This document shows positions 15,992-23,710 of a DNA stretch of 32,000 nt, piece by piece. The translations under genes were made by a program, and so were the position numbers. Under the pieces are notes generated by a model that had not been told where the DNA came from, did not search any database, and saw nothing but the letters and a program-made list of their open reading frames with translations. How positions within the stretch are numbered: position 1 is the first letter of the stretch; every line of letters begins with the position of its first letter. The stretch spans positions 60,001 to 92,000 of the forward strand of contig LVZN01000078.1 of assembly GCA_001695645.1 (NCBI GenBank). The letters run 5' to 3'. The DNA comes from Erysipelotrichaceae bacterium MTC7. GTDB taxonomy: Bacteria; Bacillota_I; Bacilli_A; Erysipelotrichales; Erysipelotrichaceae.

Positions 15992-17224
15992 ATGAAAAAG
16001 CAAAGAAGTAGTAAAATGAAAAAAATAAGTCGTGTATTTGTTGTGTGTTTGATGATGGTAATGATGCATGCAATGGGAAGTGTATCTATACTTCGTGCGG
16101 ATGATGTGCACGCAACTTTGAATCCAAAGATTGTGAAACAAGTGACTGTCGCTGAAGGTGTAACGTATCCTTCAACGGTATTTCAGTTTAATTTCACATC
16201 GTACGCATTTAATAACGAAGCTGATAGTAGTTTGCCAGCATTGCCTAGCATTACCATTGAAGTGGGAAATGCTACGAAAACGCAAGTTGCAGGTGGTGAT
16301 GTATATGAAGCTAGCGGAGCAATAGCTGTGGATGCTAGTACATTTACGAAAGCTGGAGTTTATACATATGAATTGAAAGAAGCAAGTGGTGTAAATCCAA
16401 ATGGTAGTAGTTTAGACACCTTGGCAGGAATGAGTTATGATAATACAACGTATCGCGTTCATATCTATGTAAAGAACGTAGCGAGTGGACTGGAGATTGC
16501 AAATTATACCATTGAAAAAGTAGTGGGTGAAACAACTGAAAAAGTTGATGCAAGTGAAGCTGGCAAAGGTTTAGTATTTGCTAACGCATACAAAACCGTA
16601 GCGGGAAGTACAGGTTCTGATATCATCAAAGACGGTGATCGTTTTGCATCGTTTCGCTTAACAAAAGAAGTTGCAGGAGAATATGCGGATAAAACAAGAG
16701 CGTTTAACTTTTCTGTGTATTTTGATGCTGCCTTAACTGAAACAACAGAAAAAACGTATTCGTACTATGTTGCAGATAAAACAACACACACAAAAATTGA
16801 TGGTAGTGAAAAAACGGTAACAATTGATCCAACGACAGGTGCAACTGTTGAGGTGGACTTAACACATAATCAAGAAGTGATTTTCTTTGATTTACCAACT
16901 GGAACTTCTGTGCATGCAATCGAAAAGCATGTGGAAGATTATACAGGTAGTTATAGTTTTACTTCAGATAGTTCAACGCTTTCAGGATTAACAAACCTTG
17001 TTGGAGGTCAGGGTGATGACAGTAATAACTTGTATATCGGTAAAAACTCATCTGTGAATCAAACTGTCTTTTTAGGCGAAACAATCAACGTTGCGGATGT
17101 AACAAATACATATAAAACGGTTAATTTTACAGGTCTTGTGATGGATAATTTACCATTTATTATTTGTATCATCATAGGTGGTGCTGGATTGTTGATGATC
17201 CTAGGCAAAAGACGCAAAGCGTAG
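15992..17224 (+). CDS. Two-domain T-antigen/Spy0128-like backbone pilin with C-terminal cell-wall sorting signal
   Basis: Signal peptide, then IVKQVTVAEG..TVFQFNF, AGVYTYELKEASG, YRVHIYVKN, VFANAYK, FRLTKEVAG, LPTGTSVHAIEKH and VTNTYK. The C-terminus reads VNFTG (17120-17134), then LVMDNLPFIICIIIGGAGLLMIL, then GKRRKA. An alternative start is ATG 16016 (MKKISRV). Confidence 0.75.
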   Translation: MKKQRSSKMKKISRVFVVCLMMVMMHAMGSVSILRADDVHATLNPKIVKQVTVAEGVTYPSTVFQFNFTSYAFNNEADSSLPALPSITIEVGNATKTQVAGGDVYEASGAIAVDASTFTKAGVYTYELKEASGVNPNGSSLDTLAGMSYDNTTYRVHIYVKNVASGLEIANYTIEKVVGETTEKVDASEAGKGLVFANAYKTVAGSTGSDIIKDGDRFASFRLTKEVAGEYADKTRAFNFSVYFDAALTETTEKTYSYYVADKTTHTKIDGSEKTVTIDPTTGATVEVDLTHNQEVIFFDLPTGTSVHAIEKHVEDYTGSYSFTSDSSTLSGLTNLVGGQGDDSNNLYIGKNSSVNQTVFLGETINVADVTNTYKTVNFTGLVMDNLPFIICIIIGGAGLLMILGKRRKA

Positions 17225-17242
17225 CCATTCCTGAATTGAGTG

Positions 17243-18160
17243 ATGAGACATGATAAACGCTGGTTGAATATAAAACTTCAGCTAGTTTTATGGTTGCACA
17301 AGATAGTGAATGCTGCTGTTATGGTTGGGTGTATCATCATGCTTGTATTTGGTGCCTATTCCTTATGGGATAATAACCAGATCATCTTTTCAGCCAGTGC
17401 TAAGCAGTATGAAACATACAAGCCTACAGTGAAACAACATTACAATTTCGACGAACTAAAGATGATAAATGATGATGTGTTTGCTTGGTTGTCTGTATAT
17501 GGGACACAAATCGATTATCCTGTTGTACAAGCAAAAGATAATCAACAGTACATGCAAACCAATCCACTTGGTGAACCTTCACCAAGTGGGTCCATCTTCT
17601 TGGATGCAAGAAATAGACGTGATTTCACTGATTTTAATCATCTGATTTATGGGCATCATATGGCACAAGATGCCATGTTTGGAAACCTTGATACCTTTAT
17701 GGATGCGGATGTATTTAAAAAGCATCGCTATGGTATGTTGTATCATGACGGACGTACATATGGACTTACATTTGTCGCTTTCTTACAGGTGGATGCGTAT
17801 GATGGAACGTTGTATCAACCTGCTTTGAAAAGCGCAGAGCATAAAGAAAACTATCTTCGTTATCTAAAAAAGAAAGCGATTCACTATCGCGAGTTAAATC
17901 TGCATATTGACGACCATTTGGTTTTGTTGAGTACATGTTCAAGTGAAATGACAAATGGACGTTATGTACTGGTTGGGAAAATTAGCGATGATGTACAAGA
18001 TGATCCGTTTATCCAGGATAAACAAGACCCAAGTATGGCACAATTCAAAAATAAAACACATCTAAAGATTCCAATTCCATGGTGTTTTGGTTTCTGTTTC
18101 CTACTAATCTTATTGCTGTTAGTCTTTCGTTTTCGAAAAAAAGAACAAGAGACAAAGTAG
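17243..18160 (+). CDS. Class B sortase with N-terminal anchor and an additional C-terminal TM segment
   Basis: SrtB-type N-region ELKMINDDVFAWLSVYGTQIDYPVVQAKDNQQYM, catalytic His in LIYGHHM, Cys in LVLLSTCSSE, Arg in TNGRYVLVGK. The C-terminus is IPIPWCFGFCFLLILLLLVF followed by RFRKKEQETK. The track start GTG 17240 is one codon upstream. Confidence 0.85.
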   Translation: MRHDKRWLNIKLQLVLWLHKIVNAAVMVGCIIMLVFGAYSLWDNNQIIFSASAKQYETYKPTVKQHYNFDELKMINDDVFAWLSVYGTQIDYPVVQAKDNQQYMQTNPLGEPSPSGSIFLDARNRRDFTDFNHLIYGHHMAQDAMFGNLDTFMDADVFKKHRYGMLYHDGRTYGLTFVAFLQVDAYDGTLYQPALKSAEHKENYLRYLKKKAIHYRELNLHIDDHLVLLSTCSSEMTNGRYVLVGKISDDVQDDPFIQDKQDPSMAQFKNKTHLKIPIPWCFGFCFLLILLLLVFRFRKKEQETK

Positions 18161-18592
18161 TAATTCGTAATTGTTGCATGTATACAAAGTGAACTATATG
18201 TAAAATACAAATAAAAAATGCAAACGATTTATATAAAAAGATAACCATTTTTCAAATAAATGATGTATAATGAATGACGGTAGGATGTGCTTGCATCATA
18301 ATAAGCATGGATAAGCCGTGTATAAATGGATATGAAATGTATCGTAGGTTGTAGCCTTGCGATTCTAGGTTTGTATAAATTGAATAGCAACGATTGATAA
18401 TTGTGGAGAGTTATCAATGATGTAAGCTAATTGTATTTTATGCAAAAGAGAGAGAAAAACAAAATTACAAAAGAGAAAAGTAAAAACGAATTAGGGTGTA
18501 AAAAAGTAGGAAGTAAAAACCTGAGATGCGTTTTGGTTTGACCTAGGTAAATCGTAGGGATAACATACAATGATATATGTATACAAATTGAA

Positions 18593-18618
18593 AGACAGTC
18601 AGAGATGACTGTTTTTTT
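18593..18618 (+). terminator. Rho-independent terminator inside the 571-bp spacer (first one seen downstream of the sortase gene)
   Basis: Stem acagtca/tgactgt (18595-18601 / 18606-18612), extendable by two pairs, GAGA loop, run of 7 T. Confidence 0.75.
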
Positions 18619-18731
18619 GTGTCGTTAGTAAGTTATTCGAATGAGTTGTGATATTAATGATGTAATGATACCATTTTATTGGATAATTATACTTGTGTGT
18701 GAAGGTATAGCCATTACAGGGAGAAGAATGG

Positions 18732-20933
18732 ATGGAAAAGTCAAAACAAAACAATAATGACCAAAACAACTGGAAAATAGATCCGAATCGTGCCAAATTT
18801 CGTCTATCGATGATGACGCTTTTTTTGGTGTTTTTAACGTTCAGTTTGTTGCAAATTGACTCGCAAGTTCATTTGCCAAGCCATTATATTGAAACCAATG
18901 TCGCAAATGATTACACACATCAAATATCACATTTAAGTACGTATGATGATAATGAACATGTACTTTCTGTCGGTAGTGAGGTGGATTTCGTTCGCTCTGT
19001 TAACCGTGGACTTGCAAGTATTGCCCAAGGAGAGGCAACCGCAAGTAAATATACGGTAATTGACTCAGAAAAAGATGGTAAAGATGGAATTATCAAATCC
19101 ATTTTTGATGTCGCGGGAAAACCGGTCACTTACCAACAAGACGTGTTATTTGTTTTGGATTCCTCTAGTTCAATGAATATGTGGTCAAAACCAGAACACT
19201 CTGCAAAGACAATTCACTGCCTCAATGCAAATCACTACTATAGAATTCCAGCAAAAACGTTTATAAACACGAGCGATAAAGACATCTTTTTTCATCCAAG
19301 TGATGAATTTGGTTCCGTTATATGGGAGAATATTTCACAAGAGCAATGGCGAAGTTTTATGAACGAGTATGGATTGGAAGTTCGTGAAGTAAGTCGTGGG
19401 ATGATTGAATTGTGGAATCCGGTTGGAAATCATTATAAAAAAGAAGAGGGTGCATATGTACATTTACCTGTCGATGAAAAAATGCTCGAAAAAGCAAGTT
19501 TTGCGACACCTGGGGTAAATGCACACGATTGTACGGATCGCTTAACAACAGCGAAATCATCCATTCAAGCATTGATGCGAAGAATTTTAAAAGCAGGAGA
19601 AGGAAACCGAATTGGGTTGATTGACTTTGCTGCAGATCATCTTGACTACACGTCGTTTACCGATTCGTATGCCGATTTGATTCAGGGACTTAAAAATACG
19701 CACAGTGATTTCGATGGAGATACGGATCAATTGTTTAACTTTGTTAAAGAACTTGTACACAAACAACAATCAGAAAATATACCATTGAAGATCATTTTGG
19801 TGACCGATGGAGCAACGGACAAAGATGCTTCGTCCATTGGTATTATTAATGAAATCAAAGCACACAAGGATGTGGAAATATTTTCGACCGGGATTCATAT
19901 TCATAACGAGGCATTTCTAAGAGAGTTTGCATCAAGTCAAGATCACTTTATGAATACCACAAATGAAAAAAGTTTTGTGGATTACTTTAAAGGTTTGACA
20001 ACAGAGCTGGTTGCGGAGCCAAATGTGAATCTAGCATTCAACACAATGCCAGCATTCTCATTGTATTGTGATAAAGAACACCCCATTACAATCGGGGATA
20101 AAATCTACACGAACATTGATGAAGTTCCTAGTTCATTGTTGGAAGTGTCGGCGGATGAAACCCATTATAAATGGAACATTGGTGCAATCGGACTAGAAGG
20201 ACGACGTTTCTCGTTTTATACAAAAATGGATGAAGAGGTTCGCTTTGCAAATCCAGGTAGCAAACAATATTCCACCACAGATATCGCGCGCTTGCATTAT
20301 CGCCAACTAACAGCAAGCTTACAAAGTGTGGCGGCAGGTAGTGAAGTCATACAGCCAGTAAAACAACCAAAAGAAGTGCTTGTCGAAAACAGCTTTATCT
20401 CAACTGAGAAATCCATCAAACGTGTTGATGGGTTGGATATCACTTATGAAATTCGAGTTTTCAACCACGGAAATTTAGACCTAAAAGATGTCAAAATACG
20501 CGATATCATTCCAGAAGGTGTGTACCACAAAGATGGAGGTAAGCCGTCGAAACGAAATTCCTTTGTAGATTTTACCATTCGTCAAATTAAAGGAGGTAAT
20601 ACGTATACAATTACCTATGTTGGTCGTGTGTTTCCGACCGAGTTGGCAGATAGTTTAGCTTTAAAACAAGGTCAAGCCATCTTATTATCAGGACAAAGTT
20701 TAGATGTGCCGATCGCAAACTATCAACTTGCAACCAGTGGTGTAAAAATCAAAGGATACCAAGCACAAGGTCAAGCAAGTGCAGCAACGACGATTGTACT
20801 TAGTCATGAATACGTATATCCAGAGCATACACGCAATTTATTTTTGGCGGAAGTATTTGGTTTTGTAACGATTGTTTTAGGCGTTATTTTATTTAGAATA
20901 CGCAAGGTAAAACGTATCGCGATTGAAGAATAA
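18732..20933 (+). CDS. Surface protein with von Willebrand factor A domain, C-terminal DUF11-like module and hydrophobic segments at both termini
   Basis: N-terminal anchor or signal LSMMTLFLVFLTFSLL. MIDAS-type DVLFVLDSSSSMN and ILVTDGATD. DUF11-like ITYEIRVFNHGNLDLKDVKIRDIIPEG. C-terminal LFLAEVFGFVTIVLGVILF followed by RIRKVKR. The Shine-Dalgarno GGGAG lies 8 nt upstream. Confidence 0.8.
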   Translation: MEKSKQNNNDQNNWKIDPNRAKFRLSMMTLFLVFLTFSLLQIDSQVHLPSHYIETNVANDYTHQISHLSTYDDNEHVLSVGSEVDFVRSVNRGLASIAQGEATASKYTVIDSEKDGKDGIIKSIFDVAGKPVTYQQDVLFVLDSSSSMNMWSKPEHSAKTIHCLNANHYYRIPAKTFINTSDKDIFFHPSDEFGSVIWENISQEQWRSFMNEYGLEVREVSRGMIELWNPVGNHYKKEEGAYVHLPVDEKMLEKASFATPGVNAHDCTDRLTTAKSSIQALMRRILKAGEGNRIGLIDFAADHLDYTSFTDSYADLIQGLKNTHSDFDGDTDQLFNFVKELVHKQQSENIPLKIILVTDGATDKDASSIGIINEIKAHKDVEIFSTGIHIHNEAFLREFASSQDHFMNTTNEKSFVDYFKGLTTELVAEPNVNLAFNTMPAFSLYCDKEHPITIGDKIYTNIDEVPSSLLEVSADETHYKWNIGAIGLEGRRFSFYTKMDEEVRFANPGSKQYSTTDIARLHYRQLTASLQSVAAGSEVIQPVKQPKEVLVENSFISTEKSIKRVDGLDITYEIRVFNHGNLDLKDVKIRDIIPEGVYHKDGGKPSKRNSFVDFTIRQIKGGNTYTITYVGRVFPTELADSLALKQGQAILLSGQSLDVPIANYQLATSGVKIKGYQAQGQASAATTIVLSHEYVYPEHTRNLFLAEVFGFVTIVLGVILFRIRKVKRIAIEE

Positions 20934-20936
20934 ATA

Positions 20937-20973
20937 TGCAAAAAGGTACCACATCAGCGGTGCCTTTTTTGCA
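20937..20973. terminator. Terminator after the vWA gene (A/T-flanked, bidirectional in form)
   Basis: tgcaaaaaggtacc...ggtgccttttttgca, with a GC-containing stem and an 8-nt loop. Confidence 0.8.
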
Positions 20974-21129
20974 TGAATGATGGAAATTTATGTGTTATGG
21001 GGAAGGTTTCTTCTTATGTTATAATAAATATCAAGTAAATTTACGCACAAAACCCTGGTTTCAATGGTATACTAATAAATGATAGTAATTTTGGTTTTTC
21101 TACATAAACTAGAATATAAGGGGTAACAA

Positions 21130-21873
21130 ATGAAAGATGATATTAATCTAGCTTTATTGATTGATGCCGACAATGTCTCGGCAAAGTATATTGGTTATAT
21201 CATGGAGGAGATTCCAAACTATGGTTTGCCTACGCACAAGCGTATCTATGGTGATTGGACGGATTCTCACATGAATAAATGGAAGGATGTACTCTTAGAG
21301 TATTCCATCCAACCAATCCAACAGTATTCGTATACCGTTGGAAAAAATGCAACGGACTCAGCATTAATTATTGATGCGATGGACATTTTATATGAAGATC
21401 GTGTGGATGGTTTTTGCATCATTAGTAGCGATAGTGATTTTACAAGGTTGGCTGCACGGTTACGTGAAGCAGGTAAAATCGTGATTGGCGTTGGGGAAAA
21501 GAAAACCCCAAGACCATTTATCGTCGCTTGTGAAAAATTCATTTATCTAGAAACATTATCTAGTTCACATGAAGCAAGTGATGAGGCTGCACAAAAACGG
21601 ATCGTAAGTAGCCAAGACGATATCCGTTGGTTAACGAAACAAGTTCGTGCTATTATTAAAGATATTTCAGATGATGACGGTTGGGCTAACATGTCATCAC
21701 TTGGTAATATGTTAAGTAAAAGATTTCCTGATTTCGATACGCGGAACTATGGTTATTCAAAATTAACCCCACTAATCGAATCGCTAACAAGTTTTGAAAT
21801 TCAATCCATTCGTGCGAAAGACTCACATGTGGAACACAAACTTGTTCGCTATAAAGGAAAACGAAGTAAGTAG
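21130..21873 (+). CDS. NYN (LabA-like, PIN-fold) domain protein with C-terminal OST-HTH/LOTUS domain
   Basis: LALLIDADNVS, GKNATDSALIIDAMD and FCIISSDSDFTRLAARLREAGKIVIG are the NYN acidic motifs. The C-terminal portion from about residue 165 (WANMSSLGNMLSKRFPDFDTRNYGYSKLTPLIESL) looks like OST-HTH. Confidence 0.85.
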   Translation: MKDDINLALLIDADNVSAKYIGYIMEEIPNYGLPTHKRIYGDWTDSHMNKWKDVLLEYSIQPIQQYSYTVGKNATDSALIIDAMDILYEDRVDGFCIISSDSDFTRLAARLREAGKIVIGVGEKKTPRPFIVACEKFIYLETLSSSHEASDEAAQKRIVSSQDDIRWLTKQVRAIIKDISDDDGWANMSSLGNMLSKRFPDFDTRNYGYSKLTPLIESLTSFEIQSIRAKDSHVEHKLVRYKGKRSK

Positions 21874-21892
21874 AAGTATGAGGGCGGTACAT

Positions 21893-23119
21893 ATGGAAGA
21901 AATGAAAAGTAAAATTGAACAAATTAAACAAGATGCAACAAGTGTGCAAGAAAAAAAGGAAGCGCTAATTCAACTTGGTAAAGAAATGATCCAAGAAGAA
22001 AAAGGGCTTGTTAGTGATGTTCAAGATACATTGCACAGCACATGGGACGAATTAAAGGATGATCAAATTCCTGGACACATTAACTTGCAATTAGAAAATG
22101 AGTTCCGTCAAACCATGAAGAACTTAAGCAAAGAAATTAGCCGTAATGAATTCCAATTAGAAGGAAAAAACGCGAAAGAAGAAATTCTAGAACATATGGA
22201 AGAACTAAAAGCTTCCACTTCTTGGAAAGAAGTTATGGGAAAACTATACGCATTTAAAGATAAATGGGCAGATTTGCCGTATGCAGGTAAAGAAGTCGAT
22301 GCTGAACTTTCAAGAAAATTTGATGATACATTTAATGAAATTATGTCTAAAAAAGACGAATTCTTTAGTCGTTTAGACGAAGCAAAAGATGAAGCACGTG
22401 CGAAGAAACAAGATTTAATCAACCGTGCAAAAAAAGCAAGTCAATCAACGCAATGGAAAGAAACTTCAAAAGAAATGAAGACTTTGATGGATGAATGGAA
22501 AACATCAGGAAATATCAACAAAGAAGAGAACGATCAACTTTGGGAAGAATTTAACGATGCTAGACAAGCATTCTATCAAGCACAAGCTATATTCTTTGAA
22601 GAACGTGATAAGCAACAAGAACAAGCAAAAGTAAAAAAAGAAGAATTGGTTGGTCAAGCACAAGAATTGTCACTAAGTGAAGACTATAAAGAAACTTCAC
22701 AAAAAATGCGTGACTTGATGACTGAATGGAAAGCTGCTGGTTTTGCTGGTAAAGATATTGATAACGAGTTGTGGGATGCATTTGCAACAGCAAGAAATAC
22801 ATTCTTCCAACGTCAAGATGAATACTACCAAGAGAAAAAAGGGCAATTCCGCAGTAAACTAGAAGATGGAATCAACCGTCGTAAAAAACAACTTGATGAT
22901 TTAACAGCCATCAACCAAGATCTTGAAAGAGAAATTGGTGAAATTCGTGGATTAGATGCACCGATGGGTAACCAAGACAATCGTTGGGAAATCATGAACG
23001 ATAGAAATAAAGAAATCGAAAAATTACAGTCTTACATCGATGAAAACTTGAAGAAAATTTCTGGAATTCGTACAGAACTTAACGATATGTTAAAGAAGAT
23101 TGAAGACGTAAAAGAGTAG
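21893..23119 (+). CDS. DUF349 repeat protein (coiled-coil, repeated W..EW/F motifs)
   Basis: Repeats such as KWADLPYAGKEVDAELSRKFDDTFNEI, EWKTSGNINKEENDQLWEEFNDARQAFY and EWKAAGFAGKDIDNELWDAFATARNTFF. I prefer ATG 21893, 8 nt after GAGGG and downstream of the NYN stop, over the track start at 21794, which overlaps the NYN gene by 80 nt. Confidence 0.8.
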   Translation: MEEMKSKIEQIKQDATSVQEKKEALIQLGKEMIQEEKGLVSDVQDTLHSTWDELKDDQIPGHINLQLENEFRQTMKNLSKEISRNEFQLEGKNAKEEILEHMEELKASTSWKEVMGKLYAFKDKWADLPYAGKEVDAELSRKFDDTFNEIMSKKDEFFSRLDEAKDEARAKKQDLINRAKKASQSTQWKETSKEMKTLMDEWKTSGNINKEENDQLWEEFNDARQAFYQAQAIFFEERDKQQEQAKVKKEELVGQAQELSLSEDYKETSQKMRDLMTEWKAAGFAGKDIDNELWDAFATARNTFFQRQDEYYQEKKGQFRSKLEDGINRRKKQLDDLTAINQDLEREIGEIRGLDAPMGNQDNRWEIMNDRNKEIEKLQSYIDENLKKISGIRTELNDMLKKIEDVKE

Positions 23120-23145
23120 TTCTTAGTAAAGAACTGCTTTTTTTT
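23116..23145 (+). terminator. Terminator after the DUF349 gene
   Basis: Stem gtagttctt/aagaactgc, AGTA loop, run of 8 T. Confidence 0.85.
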
Positions 23146-23212
23146 AAAAAAACTTAACAAAAAAGAAAGAATATATTATATAATATAGTTGTAAAGTAGA
23201 GGAGATATGATT

Positions 23213-23641
23213 ATGAAAACAGTTGTAGTAATAGAGAAAATTGAAAACATGATTCGTGCAATTCAAGCTAGTATTCAAAGAGCGATGAAATCATACTATG
23301 CAGAAACTGGATTGAGTAAAACACATACGCTTGTGCTTCGCGAGGTTCGTACATGTGAACCCATTACGTTAAATGAATTATCAAGTAACTTGTCGAAAGT
23401 GCCTGCCAATATGTCAATTACAGTGAGTGAATTGGAAGATCAAGGATATTTAGAACGTGAACGTTTTGTTGATGATCGTCGTGTTACAAAAATTCGTCTA
23501 ACTGAAAAAGGTGCTGAAGCAGTGAATTTATTCGATACGTACATGGAAAAAAACCTTCACGAAATGATCGAAGACGAAAAAACGTTAAAAGATATTCTTG
23601 AAAAACTTGAAAGTGTATACGAAAAAGTTAAAAAGTATTAG
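23213..23641 (+). CDS. MarR-family transcriptional regulator
   Basis: Winged-helix core TLVLREVRTCEPITLNELSSNLSKVPANMSITVSELEDQGYLERERFVDDRRVTKIRLTEKG. ATG 23213 is 8 nt after AGAGGAG. Confidence 0.85.
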   Translation: MKTVVVIEKIENMIRAIQASIQRAMKSYYAETGLSKTHTLVLREVRTCEPITLNELSSNLSKVPANMSITVSELEDQGYLERERFVDDRRVTKIRLTEKGAEAVNLFDTYMEKNLHEMIEDEKTLKDILEKLESVYEKVKKY

Positions 23642-23675
23642 CAGTGTTTTGTTGCATCGACCATAAGACTTCATA

Positions 23676-23704
23676 TTGAAAAAGGTTGTAAAATGGTTTA
23701 TGAT
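23676..23704 (+). promoter_or_regulatory. Sigma-A promoter TTGAAA-N17-TATGAT with no annotated gene downstream
   Basis: The hexamers and part of the spacer (aggt[t]gtaaa) recur at the tRNA-Trp promoter 180 nt downstream. Confidence 0.5.
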
Positions 23705-23710
23705 ACATTT

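Noticed and set aside
16892-16906. Internal LPTGT in the pilin as a sorting signal
   Set aside because: It lies mid-protein in a beta-sandwich LPxGxxY...E context and is not followed by a hydrophobic segment or basic tail. The real C-terminal signal is at 17120-17224.
18443-18520. CRISPR-like or tandem repeat in the purine-rich tract (aagtaaaaac twice, 33 nt apart)
   Set aside because: There are only two short copies in low-complexity A-rich sequence, with no regular repeat-spacer architecture and no cas genes.
20974-21039. 21-codon ORF MNDGNLCVMGKVSSYVIINIK after the vWA terminator
   Set aside because: It has no Shine-Dalgarno, it overlaps the predicted promoter of the NYN gene, and it is AT-rich chance sequence.
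21794-21892. N-terminal extension of the DUF349 ORF overlapping the NYN gene
   Set aside because: It overlaps the NYN coding end by 80 nt. GAGGG followed by ATG 21893 gives a conventional start after the NYN stop.
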